57,943 nucleotides of DNA from Candidatus Zambryskiibacteriota bacterium (GCA_016932555.1 JAFGCQ010000016.1:1-57943); one strand, 5' to 3'. Positions 44,796 to 53,051 are shown, numbered from the stretch's first letter. A program made the numbers and translations. The notes: generated by a model not told the origin, from the letters alone.

Positions 44796-45964
44796 TTAGT
44801 GTGTGCTAGCATAATTACGTTCTCCATTTGTTTAGCGATTAAATCCCAATTATATTTTTCAGTAACCATTTTTTTGGCATTTTCTACAATTTTATCTTTA
44901 TTTGGATCATTTATGATTTTTTTTACTACTTTCACAATGCTTTCTGGATTTTTTGGCTCACAAAAATAACCTGTTGCCACTTGTTCTAAGTTATCCGGAG
45001 AATCTTTCAAAAAATCAATTATTCCGCCAACAGGTGTACCTATCACTGGAATACCAGCTGCCATAGCTTCTATAAAAGAATTACCCATACCCTCTGAAAG
45101 AGAAGGCCTTATAAAAATATCACAAGCTTTTAAATATTTTGGTATATCATCAAAAGAAACCAGTCCCAAAAATGTAACTCTCTTTGAAACTTTTAAATTT
45201 CGAGCTAATTTTTTAAGTTTTTTTTCTAATTCTCCTGTCCCCAAAATTATAAATTTTATATTTTCTGACAATTTAGGTAGAGCTTTTATCACATCCTCTA
45301 CTCCATTTTTCATGTTTAGACGTGAGGTAGTAATAAGAGCAATATCTTTCTCTTCTAATTCTAACTCCTTTCTTATTTTTTCCCTTAATTCATAACTCAT
45401 GCTTCTTAATTCAAACTTTTCTATATTTACTCCATTTGGGATTATTTTTACCTCTTTCTTATATCCTAATCTTTTCGTTCTTTCTGCCAAATAAGAACTT
45501 ATTGCAGTTACAACGATTGATCTTTTAAGAGCTAATCGCCAAGATAAGTCAATAAGTCCCAGCCATTTAGTTTTCAAATATTTTTCAGAATCACCTTCTT
45601 GTAAAGTTAGAATTATTGGAGTTTTTCTACCTAAAATATTTGCAATATAAGCAGCGCCGCTAGCCCAACTCACCATCATGCACCAGTAATTCATATAATC
45701 ATTTTTAGCATTCAAGCGTAGAGCATAAAAAGCTCCCCAAAAAGGCAAAAGTAATTTATCGATTATTGGAATACCAAACCCCATTCTATAGACGCTCACA
45801 TTTCCTATGTTTTCAAATTTTGGTAAATCAGGTCTCAATCTGGCAGTTATCATGTCAAATCCAACATCAGAGATTTTATTTGTAATCTCTTTTATAGCCA
45901 CCTCTGCTCCGCCCACAAACGGCAAATAAGCGGTGGAAAATATGAGCATTTTTTTATTATCCAC
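44792..45964 (-). CDS. Glycosyltransferase family 4 (GT-B)
   Basis: 390 aa (GTG at 45964; ATG alternative at 45949). 'LIFSTAYLPFVGGAEVA' and 'PSLSEGMGNSFIEAMAAGIPVIGTPVGG'. Confidence 0.8.
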   Translation of the reverse strand: MDNKKMLIFSTAYLPFVGGAEVAIKEITNKISDVGFDMITARLRPDLPKFENIGNVSVYRMGFGIPIIDKLLLPFWGAFYALRLNAKNDYMNYWCMMVSWASGAAYIANILGRKTPIILTLQEGDSEKYLKTKWLGLIDLSWRLALKRSIVVTAISSYLAERTKRLGYKKEVKIIPNGVNIEKFELRSMSYELREKIRKELELEEKDIALITTSRLNMKNGVEDVIKALPKLSENIKFIILGTGELEKKLKKLARNLKVSKRVTFLGLVSFDDIPKYLKACDIFIRPSLSEGMGNSFIEAMAAGIPVIGTPVGGIIDFLKDSPDNLEQVATGYFCEPKNPESIVKVVKKIINDPNKDKIVENAKKMVTEKYNWDLIAKQMENVIMLAHTK

Positions 45965-45970
45965 CTACAA

Positions 45971-45979
45971 AATATAGCA
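45971..45979 (-). promoter_or_regulatory. Extended -10-like TGCTATATT, 6 nt upstream of the GTG at 45964 (likely promoter of the long glycan operon)
   Basis: Minus strand reads 'tTGCTATATTttgtagGTG'. Confidence 0.35.
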
Positions 45980-46000
45980 AAAATATGGTATTTAATCTAC

Positions 46001-47650
46001 TTATTCCCCTTTGAGAATTTTTTTGAGAGTTTCTTCAGGAACTTCATTTGGTTTGGGTTTTTCTTTTATCTTTTCTTCTTTTTCTTCTATATTTTGACTT
46101 TTGGTTTTTGAATTTTGAATTTTATTTAAAGCTTCTTTTAAAGCATTTAGATTTCCTGGCGAAGGTTTTTTGCTTTTATCCTTGGGTTTTAATTCTTTAA
46201 GAGATATTTTTTCTCTTCTTGATTCTTGGTTATTAATTACTGATCCATTTTTTTCTTTGACTGCTTCTTTGATTGCGTTTCCTAAAGCATTATTTTTTTT
46301 AGGTTTTTCTTCAATTTTTTCTTCTTTTTTTATACTTTTTTTTGAAATTTCAGAGCTTTGATCTGTGCTATGCCATTCTTTTATAGTTTTTTCTATCTCT
46401 GCTTTTGGTTTGGTATAAGTTTTGCGGGACATTTCTACTACTTTATCTCTGAAAGAAATCCCAACTTTTGGTATTGGCGGCAAAGTTGTGGCTGAAAATG
46501 GCTGTGAAGCCACTCCGTCTATCATGAGTTTTAAATATATTTGGACAAACCCGAGATTAACCAGATCTTCCATAGTAAAGATTGGGGCAAATTCTTTCTC
46601 CAAAATTTCAGCATCGTATGAGCCAACTCTGAAAGCGATCATGGTGCCCACATTACCAAATACTGCCGCTCTTACTTCTTCAGCCATCTGTTCTACATAT
46701 TGGTGAGTAATATTTAAACTAAGCTTATATTTCCTCGCTTCAGAGAGAATATTAGCAAAACTTTTATTGGCAAATGATTGAAATTCATCTACATAAAGAT
46801 AAAAGCTAGGTAATTTCTTGAGTTCTTTGGGGTCAGCATCAGCTCGAGACATAGCTGCCAGATAAATCTTGGTAACTAGCATAGAACCCAACAGGTTAGC
46901 GTTATTTTCACCTACTAAACCTTTGGACAAATTGACTATCAAAATCTTCTTGTCATCCATTATCTTTCTGATATCAAAAGAAGATTTAGGTTGACCTATA
47001 ATATTCCTAATCAAAGGATTTGAAGTAAATTGACCAATTTTATTTTGAATAGCCGGAATAGCTTCAGCTGCAAATCTTTCGGTATAACCTGCATATTCTT
47101 TTATCCAATAATCTTTCACCGAAGGGTCAGTGATATTAGCTATTACACTATTTCGATAAGTTTTATCTGACAGCATTTTATTTATACCAAGCATGGTGGC
47201 ACCAGGATATTCCAAGAGAGCCAAAATTGTATTTTGCAAAATATATTGCATACGGTCAGAAAAACTTTCTTCTCCAAAAAGCTTCTCAAAAGCACTCATG
47301 AGGCCAGATAGTACCAAATGCCTACGATTTTCACCTACATCTTCCATCACATTAAAAGAAATTGGGTGTTCGGTATCAAACGGTGCAAAATAAATAACAT
47401 CTTTGATTCTTTCTTCTGGAATATAATCAAGGAGTAAGTCTGCCGTTTTACCATGCGGATCTAGAAAAGCCATACCGTTGCCGTTTTGGATATCCTGAAT
47501 AGCCATATTTTCTAACATAGTAGATTTACCCATGCCAGTTTTACCTATTGAATATATATGACGCAACCGATCTTCATCTTTTATACCAAACCTCACTCGC
47601 TTATTACGCGCATCGGTTTCAGCAAAATAGGTAATGTTATTCTCTTGCAT
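46001..47650 (-). CDS. VirD4/TrwB/TraD-like (type IV coupling-protein-like) P-loop ATPase with a Lys/Glu-rich disordered tail
   Basis: The track ORF starts at a TTG at 47665; the ATG at 47650 fits the promoter geometry. Walker A 'SIGKTGMGKST', Walker B-like 'FYLYVDEFQSF', and 'HQYVEQM'. The C-terminal ~130 aa are low-complexity K/E-rich. Confidence 0.65.
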   Translation of the reverse strand: MQENNITYFAETDARNKRVRFGIKDEDRLRHIYSIGKTGMGKSTMLENMAIQDIQNGNGMAFLDPHGKTADLLLDYIPEERIKDVIYFAPFDTEHPISFNVMEDVGENRRHLVLSGLMSAFEKLFGEESFSDRMQYILQNTILALLEYPGATMLGINKMLSDKTYRNSVIANITDPSVKDYWIKEYAGYTERFAAEAIPAIQNKIGQFTSNPLIRNIIGQPKSSFDIRKIMDDKKILIVNLSKGLVGENNANLLGSMLVTKIYLAAMSRADADPKELKKLPSFYLYVDEFQSFANKSFANILSEARKYKLSLNITHQYVEQMAEEVRAAVFGNVGTMIAFRVGSYDAEILEKEFAPIFTMEDLVNLGFVQIYLKLMIDGVASQPFSATTLPPIPKVGISFRDKVVEMSRKTYTKPKAEIEKTIKEWHSTDQSSEISKKSIKKEEKIEEKPKKNNALGNAIKEAVKEKNGSVINNQESRREKISLKELKPKDKSKKPSPGNLNALKEALNKIQNSKTKSQNIEEKEEKIKEKPKPNEVPEETLKKILKGE

Positions 47651-47656
47651 AATTAC

Positions 47657-47662
47657 ATTATA
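47657..47662 (-). promoter_or_regulatory. TATAAT hexamer, 6 nt upstream of the ATG at 47650
   Basis: Minus strand reads 'attgTATAATgtaattATG'. Upstream lie two TTACAA copies inside a 2 x 15-nt tandem repeat. Confidence 0.4.
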
Positions 47663-47666
47663 CAAT

Positions 47667-47696
47667 AATTTTTAATTTTGTAATTTTTAATTTTGT
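47667..47696. repeat. Perfect 2 x 15-nt tandem repeat (aatttttaattttgt) in a promoter region
   Basis: Read directly from the sequence. Confidence 0.8.
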
Positions 47697-47750
47697 AAAT
47701 AATGCTCAAATGCTTTAATTTTTAAACATTTAGAAATTAAAAATTGGAAA

Positions 47751-48974
47751 TTACTCAGACAGCAGTGCTGACTGAGTGTACGTATTTGCCGGATCCCATA
47801 GCATCCATGAGGTTAAACCAGCATCATAAGTGGCTTGAATTTGAGCACGAACCATTTCTGGAGTATAGTGAATAGGATAATCGTTATCTTGAAGCCAAGG
47901 GCGCAGCTGTAGAGGGTTTACTCTCTCCATAGCATAAAAATTAGGACTAGTAGTAGCTGTGGTACCACCTGAAAGAATTACGACCGTACTAGTTGAAATT
48001 TCCTTATATAAAAATTTGCTGCGAGCTACTGCGCCGTCCATACTAAATTTTACTATTTCGTAAGGTACTTGGTTGGGATCTGCCCAGCCATTAAAAGTTG
48101 GCGGATAGTGAGATGGATAAACCATAGGACAAACATAATCAAAGTTTAGAAGTGCGTATTCTAAGATTTGACCGATATTTAAATCATCAGTATTGGTGGT
48201 AGTCATGCCAAACAAATCAGCCGAAGTGATAATATCCGTATTCGTAAGCTTCTGGTTCAAATAGCTAAAAAACTGACGGAGCATTTCTTTTTTAGTGGTA
48301 GTACTAGTATAAGGAAAAGCGATATCTTTCATATCGCCATCAGAAGGAAAACGAATATAATCAAAATTTATTTCATCAAAACCAACAGCATAAGAAGAAG
48401 TGGCGATGGAAATTATATAATCCCAAAAAGGTTGAGCCCCAACATCTATGAAAGAAAGTCCTTTTTTATCTTTCCATACGTTGCCATCGCTTGCTCTTTT
48501 AACTGCCAATTCTGGATGAATTTGAGTATAGAGAGGATCTTGGAAAACGGTTACTCTGCCTATCACATAAATCTGTTTTTCGTGCAAACTTTCTACAAAT
48601 TCTCTCATATCATCAACTTGACAGCCTTTGCCGCTGCTGCTAATGTTATCGATTTCGAGATTACCAGTTTTAAAAGAGACTGTACCGGTATAATCTTTGA
48701 TATCAATAATCACTGAATTAAGTTCTGTTTTTTCAATAAGATCAACTATATTTTCCCTAAAGTTTTTGGTTGCAGCTACACACTGAGTCATGTAAATGCC
48801 TTTTAAAGGCTCGGGAGTCTCTACGTGTTTTATTTTTTTTTCGGTGATTATTTCAAGTTGAGAATTTAAAACATTAACACTGGAAAATTCGTCAGGCAAG
48901 GTGAAAGAGTAAACAAAAAAACCTAAGGCAAAACTAAATCCAATTATGCCTGATACCTTACCTATTTTTTTCAT
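47751..48974 (-). CDS. Putative glycoside hydrolase, DUF4015/GHL TIM-barrel-like, membrane-anchored
   Basis: 407 aa with an N-terminal TM helix. 'GIYMT......F..IVDLIEKTELNSVIIDIKDYTGTVSF' and 'EINFDYIRFP' resemble the PF13200-type putative glycosyl hydrolase domain. Confidence 0.6.
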   Translation of the reverse strand: MKKIGKVSGIIGFSFALGFFVYSFTLPDEFSSVNVLNSQLEIITEKKIKHVETPEPLKGIYMTQCVAATKNFRENIVDLIEKTELNSVIIDIKDYTGTVSFKTGNLEIDNISSSGKGCQVDDMREFVESLHEKQIYVIGRVTVFQDPLYTQIHPELAVKRASDGNVWKDKKGLSFIDVGAQPFWDYIISIATSSYAVGFDEINFDYIRFPSDGDMKDIAFPYTSTTTKKEMLRQFFSYLNQKLTNTDIITSADLFGMTTTNTDDLNIGQILEYALLNFDYVCPMVYPSHYPPTFNGWADPNQVPYEIVKFSMDGAVARSKFLYKEISTSTVVILSGGTTATTSPNFYAMERVNPLQLRPWLQDNDYPIHYTPEMVRAQIQATYDAGLTSWMLWDPANTYTQSALLSE

Positions 48975-49053
48975 CCTGTTAGAAATTTATTTACTAAAAA
49001 TTTCTCGCTCAAATTTAAGTATTGAGAATATATCATTTTATTTCTAACAGGAT
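48973..49053 (-). promoter_or_regulatory. Inverted-repeat leader element (14-bp perfect arms, 53-nt loop) abutting the start codon
   Basis: 'atcctgttagaaat' (48973-48986) and 'atttctaacaggat' (49040-49053). The proximal arm includes the 'AT' of the ATG at 48974. The distal arm abuts the stop codon of 49054..49308. Confidence 0.55.
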
Positions 49054-49308
49054 TCATAGCTTTTGATCGATTTCTGTTTTTTTAATTTCGTCTTCCGAGG
49101 AAAATTTTAGATTGCCCTCTTTATAATTATTGCCTTTACCTTCAGGTGAATCCTCTAGTTTTTTTGTCATAATTGGAGCTAAAAGTACCAACAAAAAAAG
49201 AATTCCTGACAAAAACATCAAAATATTTTTCCAATCCCCCGGAATACCTAAGAGCGGCAATATGATAAGCCAAATTGCAAATGAAATAAAAAAATTACTC
49301 TTATGCAT
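49054..49308 (-). CDS. Small membrane protein (2 TM) with a charged tail, unknown function
   Basis: 84-aa ORF with an ATG start. TATAAT lies 6 nt upstream. Confidence 0.45.
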   Translation of the reverse strand: MHKSNFFISFAIWLIILPLLGIPGDWKNILMFLSGILFLLVLLAPIMTKKLEDSPEGKGNNYKEGNLKFSSEDEIKKTEIDQKL

Positions 49309-49314
49309 ATAAAT

Positions 49315-49320
49315 ATTATA
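49315..49320 (-). promoter_or_regulatory. TATAAT hexamer, 6 nt upstream of the ATG at 49308
   Basis: Minus strand reads 'taatTATAATatttatATG'. Confidence 0.35.
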
Positions 49321-49321
49321 A

Positions 49322-50227
49322 TTATTTATCCTTATTTTTCCAATTATTAATAGTTACTAAAAGTGGACTGGCAAAAAATATCGAGGAATAGGTACCAGCA
49401 GCAATACCGATAATCATAGCTAAAGTAAAGCTTTTGATAGTTTCGGGACCAAGTAAATAAAGTATGAAGATAGCAAGTAGGGTAGTCACGGAAGTGTTTA
49501 TAGATCGAATAAAAGTTTGATTAATGCTCTCACCTACTATTGTTTCAAAATCCTTCTTTTCTTTGAAATCTTCATTTCTGTGTAAATTTTCTCTCACTCT
49601 ATCAAAAACCACAATAGTGTCATGAACAGAAAAGCCTAAAATCACCAAAAGTGCTGTTACAAAAAGCGTGTCAACTTCAACACCAGCTAAATAACCCAGT
49701 ATAGCAAAGACGCCAGTTGGGATGAGAACATCATGAAGCAAAGCTAAAATAGTTATTAAGCCGTAAACCCAAGAAGAAACCGTTTTGGAAACTTTGCGAA
49801 AAGCAAAAGTGATAAACAAGATTATCGCCAAAAGCACCAAAATTATAGATATCCAGGATTTTTGAATAGCTTCTTTGCCCAAAATTGGACCGATCGTGCT
49901 AAAAGTCTTTTCAATCGGAAAATATTTACCATCAAAAGAAAGTTTTTCAATAATGGAATTTTTCTCATTTTGTGTAATTTCCGGAAGTCTTATTATAAAA
50001 CCTTCACTTGATGGACGTGTTGATGAATTCTCGATTCCTATCTCCACTAAAACATTGTTAACTTCTATCACGGTGGGACTTGCTCCGTCAAAAGAGATAC
50101 TGAGTAAACTACCGCCAGTAAAGTCAATGCTAGGCTTCAACCCCCAAAAGCTGATGGCCAAAATCGAACTAATCATAAAAATGATTGAGATTGCATAAAA
50201 TATTTTTTTGTATTTAATTATTATCAT
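49322..50227 (-). CDS. secF: Protein translocase subunit SecF
   Basis: 301 aa. 'GLKPSIDFTGGS' and 'LHDVLIPTGVFAILG...VHDTIVVFDRVRE'. ATGA overlap with secD. Confidence 0.9.
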   Translation of the reverse strand: MIIIKYKKIFYAISIIFMISSILAISFWGLKPSIDFTGGSLLSISFDGASPTVIEVNNVLVEIGIENSSTRPSSEGFIIRLPEITQNEKNSIIEKLSFDGKYFPIEKTFSTIGPILGKEAIQKSWISIILVLLAIILFITFAFRKVSKTVSSWVYGLITILALLHDVLIPTGVFAILGYLAGVEVDTLFVTALLVILGFSVHDTIVVFDRVRENLHRNEDFKEKKDFETIVGESINQTFIRSINTSVTTLLAIFILYLLGPETIKSFTLAMIIGIAAGTYSSIFFASPLLVTINNWKNKDK

Positions 50228-51534
50228 TTTTTATTTTCGTTTTCACTACTAACTTCCTCTTCCTTGCTCAAAGCAAACAAAATCGTCCTTGAGGCAGTAA
50301 TAGCAGAAAACATAGAAACTAAAACGCCGATTAAAAACACCAATGCAAAACCTTTGATGATTGGTGTAGAAGCAAAATAATATAAGATCACTGCTGTAAT
50401 AATACTGGAAAGATTTGAGTCCCGAATAGAACTCCAAGCTCGATGGAAACCTTCTTTTAGGGCTTCATATTTACTTTTGCCTTTTTTCAGCTCTTCTTTA
50501 GTTCTCTCAAATATCAAAATATTGGCATCAACTGCCATGCCAATAGACAAAATGAAGCCAGCAATACCAGCCGCTGTTAAAGTTACTGGAATAAGTTTAA
50601 ATAGAGCCAAGTTTAAAACTGTATAAATCGCCAAAGCCAGCACAGCCACCAAACCTCGGAATCGATACCAAATAATAAGAAAAGCAGCTACTAGAATAAA
50701 AGCGTAAAATCCAGCTTTAATGCTGGCATTAACAGCTCTTTCACCTAATGTAGCGCCAATGGTTTCGGTACTGATTAAACTTATCGGCATTGGTAGAGCG
50801 CCGTAATTTAAATCACGCACTACTTGTTTAGCTTCTTCAGGCGTAAAATCTCCAGTTATAACCGCTTGTCCGCCAGTTATTTCTTCTCTAATATAAGGAG
50901 CTTCTATAAGCTCTCCATCCAAAAAAATACCCAATATATCACCGGTGTTTTCTCTAGTGATTTCAGCGAAAAGTTTTGCTCCTTCTTCATTAAATTTTAA
51001 ACCGATTATAGGTTTATTGCCAAAATTTTGGTCAAACTGTATACTAGCCCTTTGCAGCATCCTACCGGTAAGCCCAGTATCTTTAAACATTTCCTCAGCA
51101 TTAACTTTTTCATCTACTGACATTTTTTCTTGATTTACTCGAGATAAGAGTTTGAATTCCAAAATCGGAGTCTCGCCGATTCTCTTAACAGCTTCTTCAA
51201 CATCAGTCACCCCAGGCAACTCTACTATAAGTCTCTGCTCTCTTATGTTGGAACCAAAAACCCCACCTTCTTCCACTTGAACAATCGGTTCAGAAACACC
51301 AAAAAGATTAATGCGCCTCTCAATAACTTCTTTCAAGGATCTCATAGCGTCTCCAACATCAGAAGTAGCTATTTCAAAAGTATCGGCTTCATAAACCAAA
51401 TGAGTGCCACCAGACAGATCAAGACCCAGTTTAAATTGTCTTTCTGAATCAGGTTTTTGACTACTCCATACAAAAAAACCAACCCCTATCGCAATCGCCA
51501 CTATAATAACTGCCCAAAATCGATATCGCGTCAT
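50224..51534 (-). CDS. secD: Protein translocase subunit SecD
   Basis: 436 aa. 'KLGLDLSGGTHLVYE', 'TIGATLGE', 'AGIAGFILSIGMAVDANILIFER'. Confidence 0.9.
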   Translation of the reverse strand: MTRYRFWAVIIVAIAIGVGFFVWSSQKPDSERQFKLGLDLSGGTHLVYEADTFEIATSDVGDAMRSLKEVIERRINLFGVSEPIVQVEEGGVFGSNIREQRLIVELPGVTDVEEAVKRIGETPILEFKLLSRVNQEKMSVDEKVNAEEMFKDTGLTGRMLQRASIQFDQNFGNKPIIGLKFNEEGAKLFAEITRENTGDILGIFLDGELIEAPYIREEITGGQAVITGDFTPEEAKQVVRDLNYGALPMPISLISTETIGATLGERAVNASIKAGFYAFILVAAFLIIWYRFRGLVAVLALAIYTVLNLALFKLIPVTLTAAGIAGFILSIGMAVDANILIFERTKEELKKGKSKYEALKEGFHRAWSSIRDSNLSSIITAVILYYFASTPIIKGFALVFLIGVLVSMFSAITASRTILFALSKEEEVSSENENKK

Positions 51535-51540
51535 GAGTAG

Positions 51541-51546
51541 ATAATA
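51541..51546 (-). promoter_or_regulatory. TATTAT hexamer, 6 nt upstream of the secD ATG
   Basis: Minus strand reads 'tagcTATTATctactcATG'. Confidence 0.35.
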
Positions 51547-51571
51547 GCTAAATTAGACCAATTTCGCAATT

Positions 51572-51695
51572 CTAACCTACTCCCTTCCCCCTCTTACCTT
51601 AAGGAGAGAACCGCGCGACTAGTATAACGCGATAATTTAAACTAAATTAGATAGCAGTCACCTCCCCCTTAAGGGGGAGGTCGGGAGGGGGTTAG
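51572..51695. repeat. GC-rich nested palindromic element (REP/MITE-like or structured RNA)
   Basis: The left unit 'ctaacctactcccttccccctcttaccttaaggagag' and the right unit 'cacctcccccttaagggggaggtcgggagggggttag' are imperfect inverted copies. The right unit contains the perfect 20-nt palindrome 'cctcccccttaagggggagg'. This stands out strongly in an AT-rich intergenic region. Confidence 0.6.
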
Positions 51696-51713
51696 AAAAT
51701 TTGGATCGGTAAA

Positions 51714-53051
51714 TTAAGTTCCACTTCTACTCAACAAAGTCTTAATGGTCTTTAAAGCAATTTTGAAATCAAGCATAAAAGAACGATTTTTGATGTAATA
51801 AAGATCATATGAGAGTTTGCGGCGAGTTTTTTCAGCATCAGCTACCACTTTTGGCGGATCAGTATGATAAAGTTGCGCCCAACCAGAAAGCCCCGGCTTT
51901 ATAAGATGTCGAATATCATAATACGGAATAACTTCTTCATAGTGTTTAACCAATGCTGGGATCTCGGGTCTAGGACCGATCATGGAAATATCGCCCCGAA
52001 AAACATTCCAAATCTGGGGCAGCTCATCAATGCGCAGAGCCCGAAGCCATTTGCCGACTTTGGTGATTTCATATTTACCATCAGAATCTGATCGCATACT
52101 TCTGAATTTTTTGATTTTTATAATCTTATTATTTTTGCCTATTCTTTCCTGCTGGAAAAATATATCGCCGCCGTCATTCATTTTTATGGCCAAAGCTACA
52201 AAAGGATAAAGAATTAGAGATATTAGACCAACTACCCCAGCGATGATAATGTCCATTATACGTTTTAATACATCATAAGTAATCCTTGATTCGGTAGAAA
52301 TATTTTCCAAAAACCAGTTATAACGAACCAAAGATAGCGGCACTCTGTTAAACAAATCCTCATAAACTTTATACATATCTATAAATTTTACTTTAGAAAA
52401 AATTAAATTATAAAGATGCGGCAAAATCGGCTCCACTTTTTCGTTTTTAAGGTCTACCGCGATTATTTGTACTTCTTCAGAATAGACTCGTTTAACTATT
52501 TCATCTTGAAAATCTAAATCTGCAATTTTGTCAAGATCAATTGAAGAAATGAATTCCAATCCATACCTAGGATTGTTGTTTACTTCTTCCAAAAGCTCTT
52601 TCATTTCTTCCCCACTACCTATGATAATACCTTTTTGCTTAACTGATGGATGAAGAAATCTATCACCATAAATTCTCCATGACAAAATCAGAGCAAAAGA
52701 AATAAAAAGATAAATAAATAAATTAGTCTTTGGAGCAATACCGAAATAAGGGATGAAATAGAAGAAAATAATGGCGATAAAACTATTTATTACCTGAGCA
52801 TTAAAAACAGTACTGGGCAAACGGCTTTTTAAAATCAAGGTATGCTTTTCATAAAGCCCAGAAATAAAAAATACTAATATCCAAACAGCCACAATAATAG
52901 TAAAGGGTAGAAAGTGAAGATTCCAAGCCGCTTCAAAACTTAGATCGAGAGTTGAATAACGAAAAAATAAAGTAACCCAAAGAGAAAAATATAGGAGAAT
53001 AATATCTCCCAAAAACAAGACTGTCGTCTCTTTTTTACCCGAAATAGCCAT
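51714..53051 (-). CDS. Polyprenyl-phosphate glycosyl-1-phosphate transferase (bacterial sugar transferase, WbaP/PglC-type initiating enzyme)
   Basis: 445 aa. N-terminal TM helices, with a C-terminal 'KRIMDIIIAGVVGLI....P..ALAIKM.DGG.IFF.QERIG.....I.I.KFRSM' and 'DELPQ..NV..GDMS.IGPRP'. Confidence 0.85.
   Translation of the reverse strand: MAISGKKETTVLFLGDIILLYFSLWVTLFFRYSTLDLSFEAAWNLHFLPFTIIVAVWILVFFISGLYEKHTLILKSRLPSTVFNAQVINSFIAIIFFYFIPYFGIAPKTNLFIYLFISFALILSWRIYGDRFLHPSVKQKGIIIGSGEEMKELLEEVNNNPRYGLEFISSIDLDKIADLDFQDEIVKRVYSEEVQIIAVDLKNEKVEPILPHLYNLIFSKVKFIDMYKVYEDLFNRVPLSLVRYNWFLENISTESRITYDVLKRIMDIIIAGVVGLISLILYPFVALAIKMNDGGDIFFQQERIGKNNKIIKIKKFRSMRSDSDGKYEITKVGKWLRALRIDELPQIWNVFRGDISMIGPRPEIPALVKHYEEVIPYYDIRHLIKPGLSGWAQLYHTDPPKVVADAEKTRRKLSYDLYYIKNRSFMLDFKIALKTIKTLLSRSGT

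Noticed and set aside
46001-49308. A type IV secretion or conjugation locus around the VirD4-like ATPase.
   Set aside because: No VirB4/VirB6/VirB8-10, relaxase, pilin or integrase genes are adjacent. The neighbours are a glycosyltransferase operon, a hydrolase and secDF.
51568-51700. Possible relationship between the termini of the GC-rich element ('attctaacc' ... 'ggttagaaaat') and the 'atttctaacagg' leader repeat at 49.0/56.8 kb.
   Set aside because: The shared core is only the 7-mer TTCTAAC/GTTAGAA, which is expected several times by chance in AT-rich DNA. The arm orientation is also opposite.
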